From NCBI GenBank assembly GCA_002687275.1, contig NYZT01000011.1:8040-72039 (forward strand): 64,000 nucleotides of DNA. The letters run 5' to 3'. The stretch comes from Candidatus Woesearchaeota archaeon. Its GTDB lineage: Archaea; Nanobdellota; Nanobdellia; Woesearchaeales; ARS49. The position numbers and the translations under genes are program-made. The notes under the pieces were generated by a model. The model was not told where the DNA came from. It worked only from the letters and a program-made list of their open reading frames with translations, and made no database searches. Below, in pieces: positions 46,348-55,203 of the stretch. Each line of letters starts with the position of its first letter. Within the stretch, counting starts at the first letter, position 1.

Positions 46348-46992
46348 ATGGATTGCATCATCTTAGCTGGCGGTAAGGGAACTCGCATGGGTGAGGGACC
46401 GCCAAAACCTTTGGTGGTTGCCCAGGGCAAGACCATACTGGACCGTCAGATTAACTACTTCAACGACAAGGTAGAGAACATCATTGTTAGCCTTGGCCAC
46501 CGTGGTGATGAGGTGGTGGAGCACCTCAAAAAGGAGCACGCTGACAAGAACGTGACCTGGGTTGTTGAAGATGAACCCCTAGGCACTGCCGGAGGATTGC
46601 GATTAGCGTTGGGCAAGACGGACGCTGACAAGATCGTGGTGTTGAACTGCGATGACATTGCCGATGTTGATCTGAAAAAGCTAGAAAAACAGGATGATCC
46701 TACCATCTGTGTCGCCCATCCTCGTCTTCCTTTTGGTCTGGTTGAGGAGCACGCAGGCCATGCAAAGTTCACAGAAAAGCCCTTGCTTGACCTGTACTCC
46801 AGCATGGGTTGGTACACGTTCAAAACAAAAGACATCCTTTCCCTGCTGCCCACCTCAGGCATGCTAGAGTACGACGTCTTCCCCAACATGAAGCTCAGGG
46901 TCCACCATCATGAGGGCTTCTGGCGCAGCCTAAACCTCAAGAAGGACGTTACCGCGTTTGAAGATGAAGAGTTGCCGCTTGCTCTAAGATAG
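46348..46992 (+). CDS. sugar-phosphate nucleotidyltransferase
   Basis: MDCIILAGGKGTRMG (G-G-x-G-T-R) from the internal ATG; overlaps the NUDIX gene 5' region only if the longer ORF is used. Confidence 0.6.
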   Translation: MDCIILAGGKGTRMGEGPPKPLVVAQGKTILDRQINYFNDKVENIIVSLGHRGDEVVEHLKKEHADKNVTWVVEDEPLGTAGGLRLALGKTDADKIVVLNCDDIADVDLKKLEKQDDPTICVAHPRLPFGLVEEHAGHAKFTEKPLLDLYSSMGWYTFKTKDILSLLPTSGMLEYDVFPNMKLRVHHHEGFWRSLNLKKDVTAFEDEELPLALR

Positions 46993-48057
46993 CGCAACAA
47001 GTTCTTTTCCTTGTATCTTCTTTTGTGTCGCTTCCTTAGAAACTCCACCCTTACCGTCAAAGACTAGGTAGCCAGACTCTCCTGTGTATTCTTGTAGTGC
47101 GTTTAGATGGACTTGCAGGTCTTCTGGCTCAACGCTGCCTGTTGTCCTCATCGCTCCAGCAAGAAGCATGATTGCGTCGTATGATGTGTCAGCACCAATA
47201 TCTGGAGTTCTGTTGTAGGCTTGTTCGAATTTTGCTACAAACACAGTAGAAGGCGTAAAGTCTGTGTTCACGATGGTTCCTTCCATGAAGCCATTGTGCG
47301 TTTCTAATGTTTCATGGTAGACGAGAACGGAGTAGAACGGTGTTGTCACTCCTAACTCTTTGAGTCTTCTTGCTAACGTCTGTTGCCCGGCACTGTTGGT
47401 GAAGACAATTGCGTCTGGATTTACTGCTTTCACTTTGGTTGCCTCTGTGCGATAATCTTGTTCCATCAATTGAGGGAGTTGGAATGAGACAACGGTGCCG
47501 CCCGCTCCCTCAAATCCTTTTTTGACGGCTCGTGCTTGTTCTTCCTCCCATGCTTGGGTTGAGCCTACGATTGCAAGGGTTTTGTGACCTTGTTGGTAGA
47601 TGTGCCGGCCAAACTTCTCGTTTAGAACCTCATCATGAGGTCGCAGGGCAAACAAATACTCACATTCTTCGTTAAAGGCTACGCCTGCAGTGGGTGACAT
47701 GAGAATTATGTGTTCAGAACATGCTATAGGTGCCATGGCTTTTGCGGTGTTGGACCATGTCGGTCCGATAACAACATTGATATCTTTGTTGATAAATCGG
47801 GTGAGCACGGTGACGGAGGTCTTGGCGTCAGCGCTTTTTGTGTCGTCCACTTCCCACGCAAGAAGTCTTCCGTTAATACCTCCAGCTTGGTTAATTTCGT
47901 TAATGGCGAGCTCTGCAGCCTGCGCTGAGTCCTTTCCATGTGTTGCTGCTGGACCGGTGAGCATGAATATCCCTCCTATGTTTATGTCGTCGGGGGAGGA
48001 GCATGCCGCAAGCATGAAGAGTAGGATGGTTAGTCTTTTCATGATGTTATTGTGCAC
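46984..48057 (-). CDS. LivK-like solute-binding lipoprotein (paralog of 24348-25412)
   Basis: Lipobox LAACSS; GGIFMLTGPAATHGKDSAQAAELAINEINQAGGINGRLL...VVIGPTWSNTAKAMAPI is the type I periplasmic binding fold. No transporter genes adjacent. Confidence 0.65.
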   Translation of the reverse strand: MHNNIMKRLTILLFMLAACSSPDDINIGGIFMLTGPAATHGKDSAQAAELAINEINQAGGINGRLLAWEVDDTKSADAKTSVTVLTRFINKDINVVIGPTWSNTAKAMAPIACSEHIILMSPTAGVAFNEECEYLFALRPHDEVLNEKFGRHIYQQGHKTLAIVGSTQAWEEEQARAVKKGFEGAGGTVVSFQLPQLMEQDYRTEATKVKAVNPDAIVFTNSAGQQTLARRLKELGVTTPFYSVLVYHETLETHNGFMEGTIVNTDFTPSTVFVAKFEQAYNRTPDIGADTSYDAIMLLAGAMRTTGSVEPEDLQVHLNALQEYTGESGYLVFDGKGGVSKEATQKKIQGKELVALS

Positions 48058-48112
48058 AACTCCAGTATAAACATTAGCACACCGGTACTAGTATGCAAAG
48101 GGTAGGGTTTTT

Positions 48113-48913
48113 ATGTTATCTGCATATTGCAAGACTATGGATAGGGAAGTACTCATTGAGGCTGGGCTTACTGATGGCGAGTCGAGGGTGTATCTAGCTT
48201 TGCTTGATCTTGGTTCATCTACCACTGGCCCTATAATCCAAAAGTCTGGGGTCACGAGATCGTTCATCTACGAGATTCTTGACAAGCTGATCAAACTAGG
48301 CCTCATCACGTACGTGGCCAAGGACAGGACAAAGTACTACCAAGCGGCAGACCCTAAACGCTTGCTTGAGGGCATCAAGGAGCAAGAGGACCATCTTAAG
48401 CAAAGCAAGACAAAGGTGGAAAAGCTCATCCCTGAGCTGATGGCAAAACTACACGCCTCCAACCAGAGCGAGGTTAGAGTATACCAAGGATTTAAGGGCA
48501 TGATTGCGGTGCATGAGCAGACCTACAACAAGCTAAAACGTGGAGATGCACATTGCTATTTTGGTGGCGCAGAGCAGCCAAAAGAACACCATCTTTTCTG
48601 GCAGCGAGACCATGTACGTAGGGGAAAGCTAGGAATAAAAAGTAAGATTTTGTTTAATCAGGACACCCCAACCCAGGTTTTGAATAATAGAAATAGTTAC
48701 AAGGGTTGCGATGCCCGGTATATGCCGATAAAATTTGATTCACCGACTTATTTTTTGGTGTACAAGGACACGGTTGTTGTCTACATCCCTACCGGCCAGA
48801 ATCCCGAGGATATGCTGGCGGTGGAGATCGTCAAGCAGGAAGTTGCTGACTCTTTTCAGGAATTTTTCGATGAGTTTTGGAAAAGAAGCGATCCTAGACT
48901 GCAGATCAATTAG
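48113..48913 (+). CDS. TrmB-family transcriptional regulator (paralog 3)
   Basis: LTDGESRVYLALLDLGSSTTGPIIQKSGVTRSFIYEILDKLIKLGLI wHTH; C-terminal domain paralogous to the other two copies. Confidence 0.65.
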   Translation: MLSAYCKTMDREVLIEAGLTDGESRVYLALLDLGSSTTGPIIQKSGVTRSFIYEILDKLIKLGLITYVAKDRTKYYQAADPKRLLEGIKEQEDHLKQSKTKVEKLIPELMAKLHASNQSEVRVYQGFKGMIAVHEQTYNKLKRGDAHCYFGGAEQPKEHHLFWQRDHVRRGKLGIKSKILFNQDTPTQVLNNRNSYKGCDARYMPIKFDSPTYFLVYKDTVVVYIPTGQNPEDMLAVEIVKQEVADSFQEFFDEFWKRSDPRLQIN

Positions 48914-48971
48914 CTATTTAAAGCGGTTATTGATGCGTTAGAATAGCCAGAAGACAATAACTTCTGCGCCG

Positions 48972-50030
48972 TCAGAACAACCAGCCTTTCTTAGGGGAGC
49001 CGGCGAAGTCTTTGAGTGCGTCTTTTTGCTTCTTGGATAGGCGTTTTGGCACGTCTGCTAGGACGCGGACGTGGAGGTCTCCTTGCCCGCCGCGGACGGA
49101 GGGCATGCCCTTGCCGCCGAGCTTGAAGACGGTGTTGTCTTGCGTCCCTGCAGGGATTTTGAGGTCTCCCTTGCCGTCTAATGTCTCTATCTCTACCTTG
49201 CCGCCAAGGCATAGTATGGGGAAGGGTACGCGTTGTTCTGCTAGCAGGTGTGGCCCGCGTCTCTCAAACCGATCATCTGGTTTTACGTGGATGAAGACGA
49301 ATAGGTCCCCATCTCTGCCGCCTTTGAGGCCTGCCTCGCCCTGTCCTGCTAGGCGTAGTCTCATGCCATCTTCTACTCCTGCAGGAATTTCTGCTTCTAT
49401 CTTTCGTTTCTTTTTGGAGCGTCCTTGACCTTCACAATCTTTGCACTCGTTTTGGTAGCTCACGCCTGCTCCTGAGCAGTCTTTGCATGGTCGCTGGGTG
49501 GCAAACACGCCTAGCGGCGTTTGGTGGGCTTGTTGGATGCTTCCTTGGCCTTTGCACGTGTCGCAGGATTGCTCACCTGTGCCGCCCTGGCCTTCGCACT
49601 CTTCGCAGCTTGTGAGGCTGTTGATGGTGACGTCTTTGGCTAGGCCTTCGCTGGCCTCTTTGAGCGTTATGCTTACTTCAGTTTGCAAATCATTGCCATG
49701 CTGGCCGTGTCTTCGGCCAAATCCTTTGAAGCCGAAGCCGCCAAATATGCTGTCTACGAGGTCATCGAAATTGCCGAAATTGAAGCCGCTAAAGTCGTGT
49801 CCTTGAAAGTTGGGTGCGTCTGCGGTGCCGAACTGGTCGTACTGCTGACGTTTTTGGTCATCGCCGAGCACTGCGGCTGCTTCTGAGATCTCTTTGAACT
49901 TTTCTGCAGCGTTTTCTTCCTTAGAAATGTCTGGATGGTATTTTTTTGCGAGTTTTTTGTACGCTTTCTTGATGTCCTCTTTACTTGCGTCTCTGCCTAC
50001 GCCTAGTAGCTCGTAGTAATCCTTACTCAT
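48972..50030 (-). CDS. dnaJ: chaperone DnaJ
   Basis: J domain with HPD (DYYELLGV...KKYHPD), Gly/Phe-rich linker, and four CxxCxGxG zinc-finger repeats. Confidence 0.9.
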   Translation of the reverse strand: MSKDYYELLGVGRDASKEDIKKAYKKLAKKYHPDISKEENAAEKFKEISEAAAVLGDDQKRQQYDQFGTADAPNFQGHDFSGFNFGNFDDLVDSIFGGFGFKGFGRRHGQHGNDLQTEVSITLKEASEGLAKDVTINSLTSCEECEGQGGTGEQSCDTCKGQGSIQQAHQTPLGVFATQRPCKDCSGAGVSYQNECKDCEGQGRSKKKRKIEAEIPAGVEDGMRLRLAGQGEAGLKGGRDGDLFVFIHVKPDDRFERRGPHLLAEQRVPFPILCLGGKVEIETLDGKGDLKIPAGTQDNTVFKLGGKGMPSVRGGQGDLHVRVLADVPKRLSKKQKDALKDFAGSPKKGWLF

Positions 50031-50059
50031 CCTTGCGCTTGCTCTTGAATGCCTTTAAA

Positions 50060-51907
50060 TTACTTCTTCTCTTTGAAGTCAGCATCCACTGTTTTTTCTT
50101 TTTTGTCCTTGGCGTCTGCTTTTGGATCTTTAGCTTTCTTAGCTTCTTGTTCCTTGGCTGCCTTTTGGTAGAGTTCGGTGGCCATTTTTTGGGCTACCTC
50201 TTTGGCTGCCTCTACCGCTTTCTTGAGTGCTGTAAGATCTTTTGGATCTTTGGCTAGCTCTTTCTTGACAACCTCGACCTTGTCTTTGACGGCTTTGATC
50301 TCGTCTTCCTTGACCTTGTCTTTGACCTCACCAAGGGTTTTTTCTGTGCTGTACACCAAGGTTTCTGCTTCGTTTAACAACTCTGCTTCTTCCTTGCGCT
50401 TCTTGTCCTGCTCGGCGAACTTTTCTGCGTCCTGGCGCATCTTCTCGACCTCTGCTTCGTCCAACTTGTTGGGTGCAGTTATCTTGATGCTTTGTTCCTT
50501 GCTCGTGCCGAGGTCTTTTGCGGTGACGTGCAGGATGCCGTTGGCATCTATATCAAAGGTTACCTCGATCTGTGGCACGCCTCTTGGTGCTGCAGGGATG
50601 CCTACAAGATCAAACTGTCCGAGGTTTTTGTTGTCCTCGTACATCGGTCGTTCTCCTTGGCCTACCCGGATGGTTACCGCGGGTTGGTTGTCTGCTGCCG
50701 TGGAGAAGGTTTGCTTTTTCTTGGCAGGTATCGTGGTGTTCTTGTCTATCACTTTGGTGAAGACTCCGCCCAGTGTTTCTATGCCTAGGCTTAAGGGCGT
50801 GACGTCTAACAATAAGACGTCTTTGACGTCTCCTGATAGCACTCCTGCTTGGATGGCTGCTCCTTGGGCGACGCATTCCATAGGGTCTACGCCGCGTTCT
50901 GGTTTTGCGCCTAGCCACTCTTCCACTTTGCGTTGGACGATGGGCATTCTTGTTGGCCCGCCGACCATGATGACTTTGTCGATGTCATTGGTTGACAATT
51001 TTGCGTCTTCTAGCGCTTGCTGGACGCTTTTGTGGCACTTTTCTACGATGTCGTCTACCAAGCGTTCTATGTCTGTTCTTTTTAGCGGGAAGCTGCAGCT
51101 TATCGGTCCTGAGTTTCCTTGGGCGATGAACGGTAGGTTAACTTCGGTTTCTACCACTTGGGAGAGTTCGATCTTTCGCTTTTCTGCCTCTTCGCGTACT
51201 CGTTGCATGGCTGCGCCGTCGTCATTCAGGTCAACGTTGTGGAGTTCTTTGACTTTTTCCACGATGTGGTTGATTATGGCGTCGTCCATGTCGGTGCCGC
51301 CGAGTTGGGTGTCTCCTGAGGTTGACTTTACTTCGAAGACGCCATCTCCGAATTCCATGATGGTGACGTCTAGGGTGCCACCGCCAAGATCGAAGACGAG
51401 TATTTTTTGTTCGCCTTCTTTCTTGTCTAGTCCGTAGGCTAGTGATGCTGCGGTTGGCTCGTTGATTATTCTCTCAACTTTTAATCCTGCAATCTCGCCT
51501 GCGTCTTTTGTCGCCTGTCTTTGGTTGTCGTCAAAGTAGGCGGGCACGGTGATGACTGCTTTTTCTATTTTTTCCCCTAGGAATGCTTCTGCGTCTTGCT
51601 TGATCTTTTGGAGGATTAAGGCGCTTATCTGTTGGGGGGTGTAGTCTTTGCCGTGGATGGTGTACTTGAAGTTTGAGCCCATCTTTCTTTTTGCGGCCAT
51701 GACTGTTCCGTCTGGGTTGCTGACTGCCTGGCGTTTTGCTGGCTCGCCAACGAGTGTTTTGCCGTCTTTGTCAAAGCTTACCACTGAGGGGAAGGCTTTG
51801 CCGTACATGCTGGCTCCTTCTGCTGATGGTACGATTTTTGGTCTGCCGGCTTCTAATATTGCGGCTGCGCTGTTACTGGTTCCTAAGTCAATTCCTAAGA
51901 TTTTCAT
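50060..51907 (-). CDS. dnaK: chaperone DnaK (Hsp70)
   Basis: [16 protein letters not shown]..., DLGGGTLDV, and other Hsp70 signatures; 615 aa. Confidence 0.95.
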   Translation of the reverse strand: MKILGIDLGTSNSAAAILEAGRPKIVPSAEGASMYGKAFPSVVSFDKDGKTLVGEPAKRQAVSNPDGTVMAAKRKMGSNFKYTIHGKDYTPQQISALILQKIKQDAEAFLGEKIEKAVITVPAYFDDNQRQATKDAGEIAGLKVERIINEPTAASLAYGLDKKEGEQKILVFDLGGGTLDVTIMEFGDGVFEVKSTSGDTQLGGTDMDDAIINHIVEKVKELHNVDLNDDGAAMQRVREEAEKRKIELSQVVETEVNLPFIAQGNSGPISCSFPLKRTDIERLVDDIVEKCHKSVQQALEDAKLSTNDIDKVIMVGGPTRMPIVQRKVEEWLGAKPERGVDPMECVAQGAAIQAGVLSGDVKDVLLLDVTPLSLGIETLGGVFTKVIDKNTTIPAKKKQTFSTAADNQPAVTIRVGQGERPMYEDNKNLGQFDLVGIPAAPRGVPQIEVTFDIDANGILHVTAKDLGTSKEQSIKITAPNKLDEAEVEKMRQDAEKFAEQDKKRKEEAELLNEAETLVYSTEKTLGEVKDKVKEDEIKAVKDKVEVVKKELAKDPKDLTALKKAVEAAKEVAQKMATELYQKAAKEQEAKKAKDPKADAKDKKEKTVDADFKEKK

Positions 51908-52347
51908 GGTTTCCTCCTGCTAATGCTTACTTTGGCATAGCGTAGTACTTTGTCTCCGATGGTGTATCCTGTTTGGACCTCTTGGACTATGGTTCCTTCG
52001 GGTTGTTTGCTGTCTACTTCTAGCACGACTTCGTGCTTGAAGGGGTCTGGCTTGCCTTTGCACTGTATGCACTTTACCCCTTGGCTTTCGAGGAACTTGT
52101 CCAGGCGTTTTGCTATGGTTACGACGCCTTGGGCGAGTTCTTCTTGGGAAGCGTTTGTTGCGTTGTGTACTGCGTGATGGAAGTCATCTATGATGTGTAG
52201 GAGGTCATGGATGACTTGGTGTCGGATTTGTTGTTGGGATGTCTCTCTTTCTTTCTCTACGCGTTTTACGTAGTTTTCGAAGTCTGCTTGGACGCGTTTG
52301 AGCTGGTCCAACGTGCCGTTTTTGGTTTTTTTTGTTTTTCCCACCAT
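51904..52347 (-). CDS. grpE: nucleotide exchange factor GrpE
   Basis: [13 protein letters not shown] and C-terminal beta-domain (DPFKHEVV); 4-nt overlap with dnaK start. Confidence 0.8.
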   Translation of the reverse strand: MVGKTKKTKNGTLDQLKRVQADFENYVKRVEKERETSQQQIRHQVIHDLLHIIDDFHHAVHNATNASQEELAQGVVTIAKRLDKFLESQGVKCIQCKGKPDPFKHEVVLEVDSKQPEGTIVQEVQTGYTIGDKVLRYAKVSISRRKP

Positions 52348-52354
52348 CGTATAT

Positions 52355-52373
52355 TGTTGACCTTACGTCAACA
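52355..52373. promoter_or_regulatory. perfect 7-5-7 inverted repeat TGTTGAC-CTTAC-GTCAACA upstream of grpE
   Basis: Located 8-26 nt upstream of the grpE start on the minus strand and inside the divergent intergenic region shared with the wHTH regulator gene at 52449. Confidence 0.45.
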
Positions 52374-52448
52374 TAATGGTATGTAAACTACGTTCACTAT
52401 ATAAACCTTTCGGAAAAGCTTATATAGGGGGGTTGGCTAACTAGTGCT

Positions 52449-52841
52449 ATGATCAAGCGCAAGATCGTTCTTGTCCGTACTGGCTCACCAAGCAACAACA
52501 TCAACGCAGAGCTGCAATGGTTTGGACAGAGCCTCGGTTTATTCGGTCCTAGAGATCGAGATAAGAGTGCGTTCAGGCTGTTTTTAGAGCTCCTAAAGGC
52601 TGCAAAGGCCCAGGAGAGCATGAGCTCTGACGAGTTAGCAAACCGGCTGCTTATCACGAGGGCTACTGTCGTGTATCACCTGAACGAGCTCATGGAGCGA
52701 GGACTTGTCGTGCAGCAAAGGAAGCGATACTTGCTACGAGAGAACGAACTACAGCGCCTTATGGATGACCTGCAGCGAGATGTGGAGGCCACGCTACACC
52801 ACATGCGTGATGTTGCTAAGGAAATAGACGAACGCCTATGA
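52449..52841 (+). CDS. winged-helix transcriptional regulator (candidate heat-shock operon regulator)
   Basis: SSDELANRLLITRATVVYHLNELMERGLVVQQRKRYLL is a wHTH; divergent from grpE-dnaK-dnaJ. Confidence 0.5.
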   Translation: MIKRKIVLVRTGSPSNNINAELQWFGQSLGLFGPRDRDKSAFRLFLELLKAAKAQESMSSDELANRLLITRATVVYHLNELMERGLVVQQRKRYLLRENELQRLMDDLQRDVEATLHHMRDVAKEIDERL

Positions 52842-53343
52842 TTAAGTGGATGAGATAGATAAGAATTATTCCGCCTACAAACACTCCTAAGAGCACAAGC
52901 CAGCCTTGTTTTGAGGCAGGCATGCTCCAACTAACTTTTGCGGGTGCTGGAGGCTCTACGGTTATCTCGACGGGGATATCGATCTGTGGCTCGGTGGTGG
53001 CTTCTGTGGTTGGTGCGTGGGAGATGAATAACGTTGCTACCTTGAACGGGCTCACGTCTAACAGGTTAACGTTCACCGTTCTTCCCTCGAGCTCTAGCTG
53101 TTGCAAGGCATTGACGCCGATCTCGTGACTCACCTGGCCAGGGAAGAGCTCGTAAAAAACGCTCTCGTTGGTGATATCTTTGATCGCAAAAGAGATGGTG
53201 GTTCCGTCGATTCTTACCACGTCATCCTTGATGATTTCGATGGTGGCACTCTCTTCTTTAACATCGATAAAGTCAGGCTGTCGTAGTTGCTCTGCAGCCA
53301 TCACCGACGTGGCCAGCAACATGAGCAAAAGTAACCATCGCAT
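52816..53343 (-). CDS. secreted protein with C-terminal membrane anchor
   Basis: Signal peptide (MRWLLLLMLLATSVMAA), Thr/Pro-rich linker, and a C-terminal TM (GWLVLLGVFVGGIILIYLIHLII). Confidence 0.4.
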   Translation of the reverse strand: MRWLLLLMLLATSVMAAEQLRQPDFIDVKEESATIEIIKDDVVRIDGTTISFAIKDITNESVFYELFPGQVSHEIGVNALQQLELEGRTVNVNLLDVSPFKVATLFISHAPTTEATTEPQIDIPVEITVEPPAPAKVSWSMPASKQGWLVLLGVFVGGIILIYLIHLIIGVRLFP

Positions 53344-53384
53344 GGTGGGGAAATCAGAACTTGGGTTAAAAAGGTGTGCTTGGT

Positions 53385-53711
53385 TTAACCTTGTTCAGAC
53401 ACTGCCAATTCTTCGGATAGCTCGGGGAAGGCATCGTCGAATTGCGCTAGTGCCCATTTGCAGATACTAATTCGGTTTACCAGGACCAAATAGCTCGACC
53501 TCCTAGACTCTTCACGCTTTTGATTTCTTTTGTCATCGTCTTCTACGGATTGATTCACTTCGGCTGTTTGGTAAGGCAAAAACATTCTGGTCGGGCTTCC
53601 CGGTCTTTGCTGATCGGTGTCATGTTCTTCCTGGTCTTGCGCAAGCTGCATTTCGAGTGCTGTTCTGTATCCGCGAAGTCTCTCCATGACCTCGGCTGAA
53701 ATCTCTGTCAT
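53385..53711 (-). CDS. hypothetical protein
   Basis: 108-aa charged ORF; no motif. Confidence 0.3.
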   Translation of the reverse strand: MTEISAEVMERLRGYRTALEMQLAQDQEEHDTDQQRPGSPTRMFLPYQTAEVNQSVEDDDKRNQKREESRRSSYLVLVNRISICKWALAQFDDAFPELSEELAVSEQG

Positions 53712-53775
53712 GTCTTATATAAGTGAGGCATGACCGATAAACGTTGGCATATTCGAGAAATATACTTTTGTGCGG

Positions 53776-53880
53776 TTACTCAGGATCGGGGATGGCGCCC
53801 TCGTCGTGGCCGTCGTCTTCGAAGACGTCTTCTTCATCTTCGTCGTCCTCTAGAAAGTCCTTTGGGTTGTACTCTGTCAT
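53776..53880 (-). CDS. tiny acidic ORF (34 aa) translationally coupled to L15e (uncertain)
   Basis: Reverse-complement reads MTEYNPKDFLEDDEDEEDVFEDDGHDEGAIPDPE*. Its ATG overlaps the L15e stop as ATGA. Confidence 0.3.
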   Translation of the reverse strand: MTEYNPKDFLEDDEDEEDVFEDDGHDEGAIPDPE

Positions 53881-54431
53881 TGTTTCCTCTTGTTTGCCCT
53901 GCGGCTAGGTCGCGCCTTTACTCTTCCTTTGCCCTTGCCGTGCATGCCTCTGGCCTTCTTGCCAGCGCTGGTTAATCCTCGGTTGACACGGCCTTTGCGA
54001 TGTTCCAGGGAAGGCATTCTTGCCTTTACGTCGGGGCTTTGTGGGTCTGCTAGTATGACTTCGTACCATGCCTTGGTGCCATCCTGGCCTACCCAGTAGG
54101 AATTTAGCACTTCGGTGTTGGGGAATGCCTTGCCTGCTCGCTGCTCGGCAATGACGCGATAGTTCTGTCTTAGGTTTAGTCTGCCTGTTTTGCGCTTGCT
54201 TCTTCTGCCGCCAGCAAAGCTCTTCTTGTGCGGTCCTCGAATGACGGTTTGTCTGACAACGAATAATCCTTTGATGGGTTTGTACCCCAGACTTCTTGCA
54301 CGATCAAGACGCGTCGGTCTTTCTAATCGTAACGTGGCAGGGTCTCGACGCCAGGCCATGATCCTTGTTTTCCACAGCTCCATCTTCTTGGGCTGTTTCC
54401 ACAACGACCTCATTCTTGTGTATAAAGACAT
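53877..54431 (-). CDS. rpl15e: 50S ribosomal protein L15e
   Basis: MSLYTRMRSLWKQPKK...RPTRLDRARSLGYKPIKGLFVVRQ...AWYEVILADP matches the L15e family; length 184 aa. Confidence 0.85.
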   Translation of the reverse strand: MSLYTRMRSLWKQPKKMELWKTRIMAWRRDPATLRLERPTRLDRARSLGYKPIKGLFVVRQTVIRGPHKKSFAGGRRSKRKTGRLNLRQNYRVIAEQRAGKAFPNTEVLNSYWVGQDGTKAWYEVILADPQSPDVKARMPSLEHRKGRVNRGLTSAGKKARGMHGKGKGRVKARPSRRANKRKQ

Positions 54432-54470
54432 AGGTCGAAAAAACAGTAGGCAGTTTAAAAAGGTTTTGGA

Positions 54471-55166
54471 TTAGAATGAGGCTGCGGTGGTAAAGCCCCA
54501 TCTTCGAAAGAATCCTTCCTTTTTGGGTTCTGGTCGTGCCATTTTTGGAGCTTTGGGTCTGGGTGTGTTAAGATAGTCTGTGTCTGTCAGTCCTCTTCGG
54601 AAATCGTATTGGCGGCTAAAGTTCGCGTTGCCAAAGTCTTCCCGACGATCCCTAAAAAACATGCTAAACTCTGCGGTCTGCAGTTCGTTAGCATCCAACG
54701 CTTTCTCGTAGGCAATTCTGCCTTGTATAAGGTTGAAAACGTGCTTAAAGTCATCAGTAGATATTTTTGGTTTGCGAATGGTTCCTACCTTCACTCGTTT
54801 TGCGTAGATATTTGCTTGTTTAACAAGCGCGTTTCTGGCTGTTCGCAGACAATCCACATCTAATCTTTCTTGGGAGTCTCGCAAGTCATTTGCGGTCATG
54901 TATAGTGCGCTCTCGAGTGTGTCTGCAGGGTCGCTAGTATTATGGTTATGAACTTCTTGTTCTATGGTTTCTCCGCCAACCCTAAAATACTCTTTTGCCC
55001 GGTCACGAATTTTTTGAAAGAATGATCGCTCAACGCCATGGCCTTCTTTTACGCGTAACCACTCGTCTGGACTTTTCGATCTGCCCAGCATACGATAAGC
55101 TATCGCTTTTGAAGTGCCTAACCCTGTCCCATCATAGGTTGCGGTTGTCACGTAGCAAAGGCACAA
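54471..55166 (-). CDS. hypothetical protein
   Basis: 231 aa. The N-terminal YDGTGLGTSKAIAYRMLG faintly resembles a dsRBM C-terminal helix but is unsupported otherwise. Confidence 0.35.
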   Translation of the reverse strand: MCLCYVTTATYDGTGLGTSKAIAYRMLGRSKSPDEWLRVKEGHGVERSFFQKIRDRAKEYFRVGGETIEQEVHNHNTSDPADTLESALYMTANDLRDSQERLDVDCLRTARNALVKQANIYAKRVKVGTIRKPKISTDDFKHVFNLIQGRIAYEKALDANELQTAEFSMFFRDRREDFGNANFSRQYDFRRGLTDTDYLNTPRPKAPKMARPEPKKEGFFRRWGFTTAASF

Positions 55167-55203
55167 CTAACCAAAGAAAAAAGTTTCGTACGTGCTGTAC
55201 GTG

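Noticed and set aside
50178-51437. 419-aa plus-strand ORF
   Set aside because: Antisense to dnaK, whose identity is unambiguous; shadow ORF.
54190-54501. Short ORFs on both strands between rpl15e and the 54471-55166 gene
   Set aside because: Overlap the rpl15e coding region or its immediate flank; no support.
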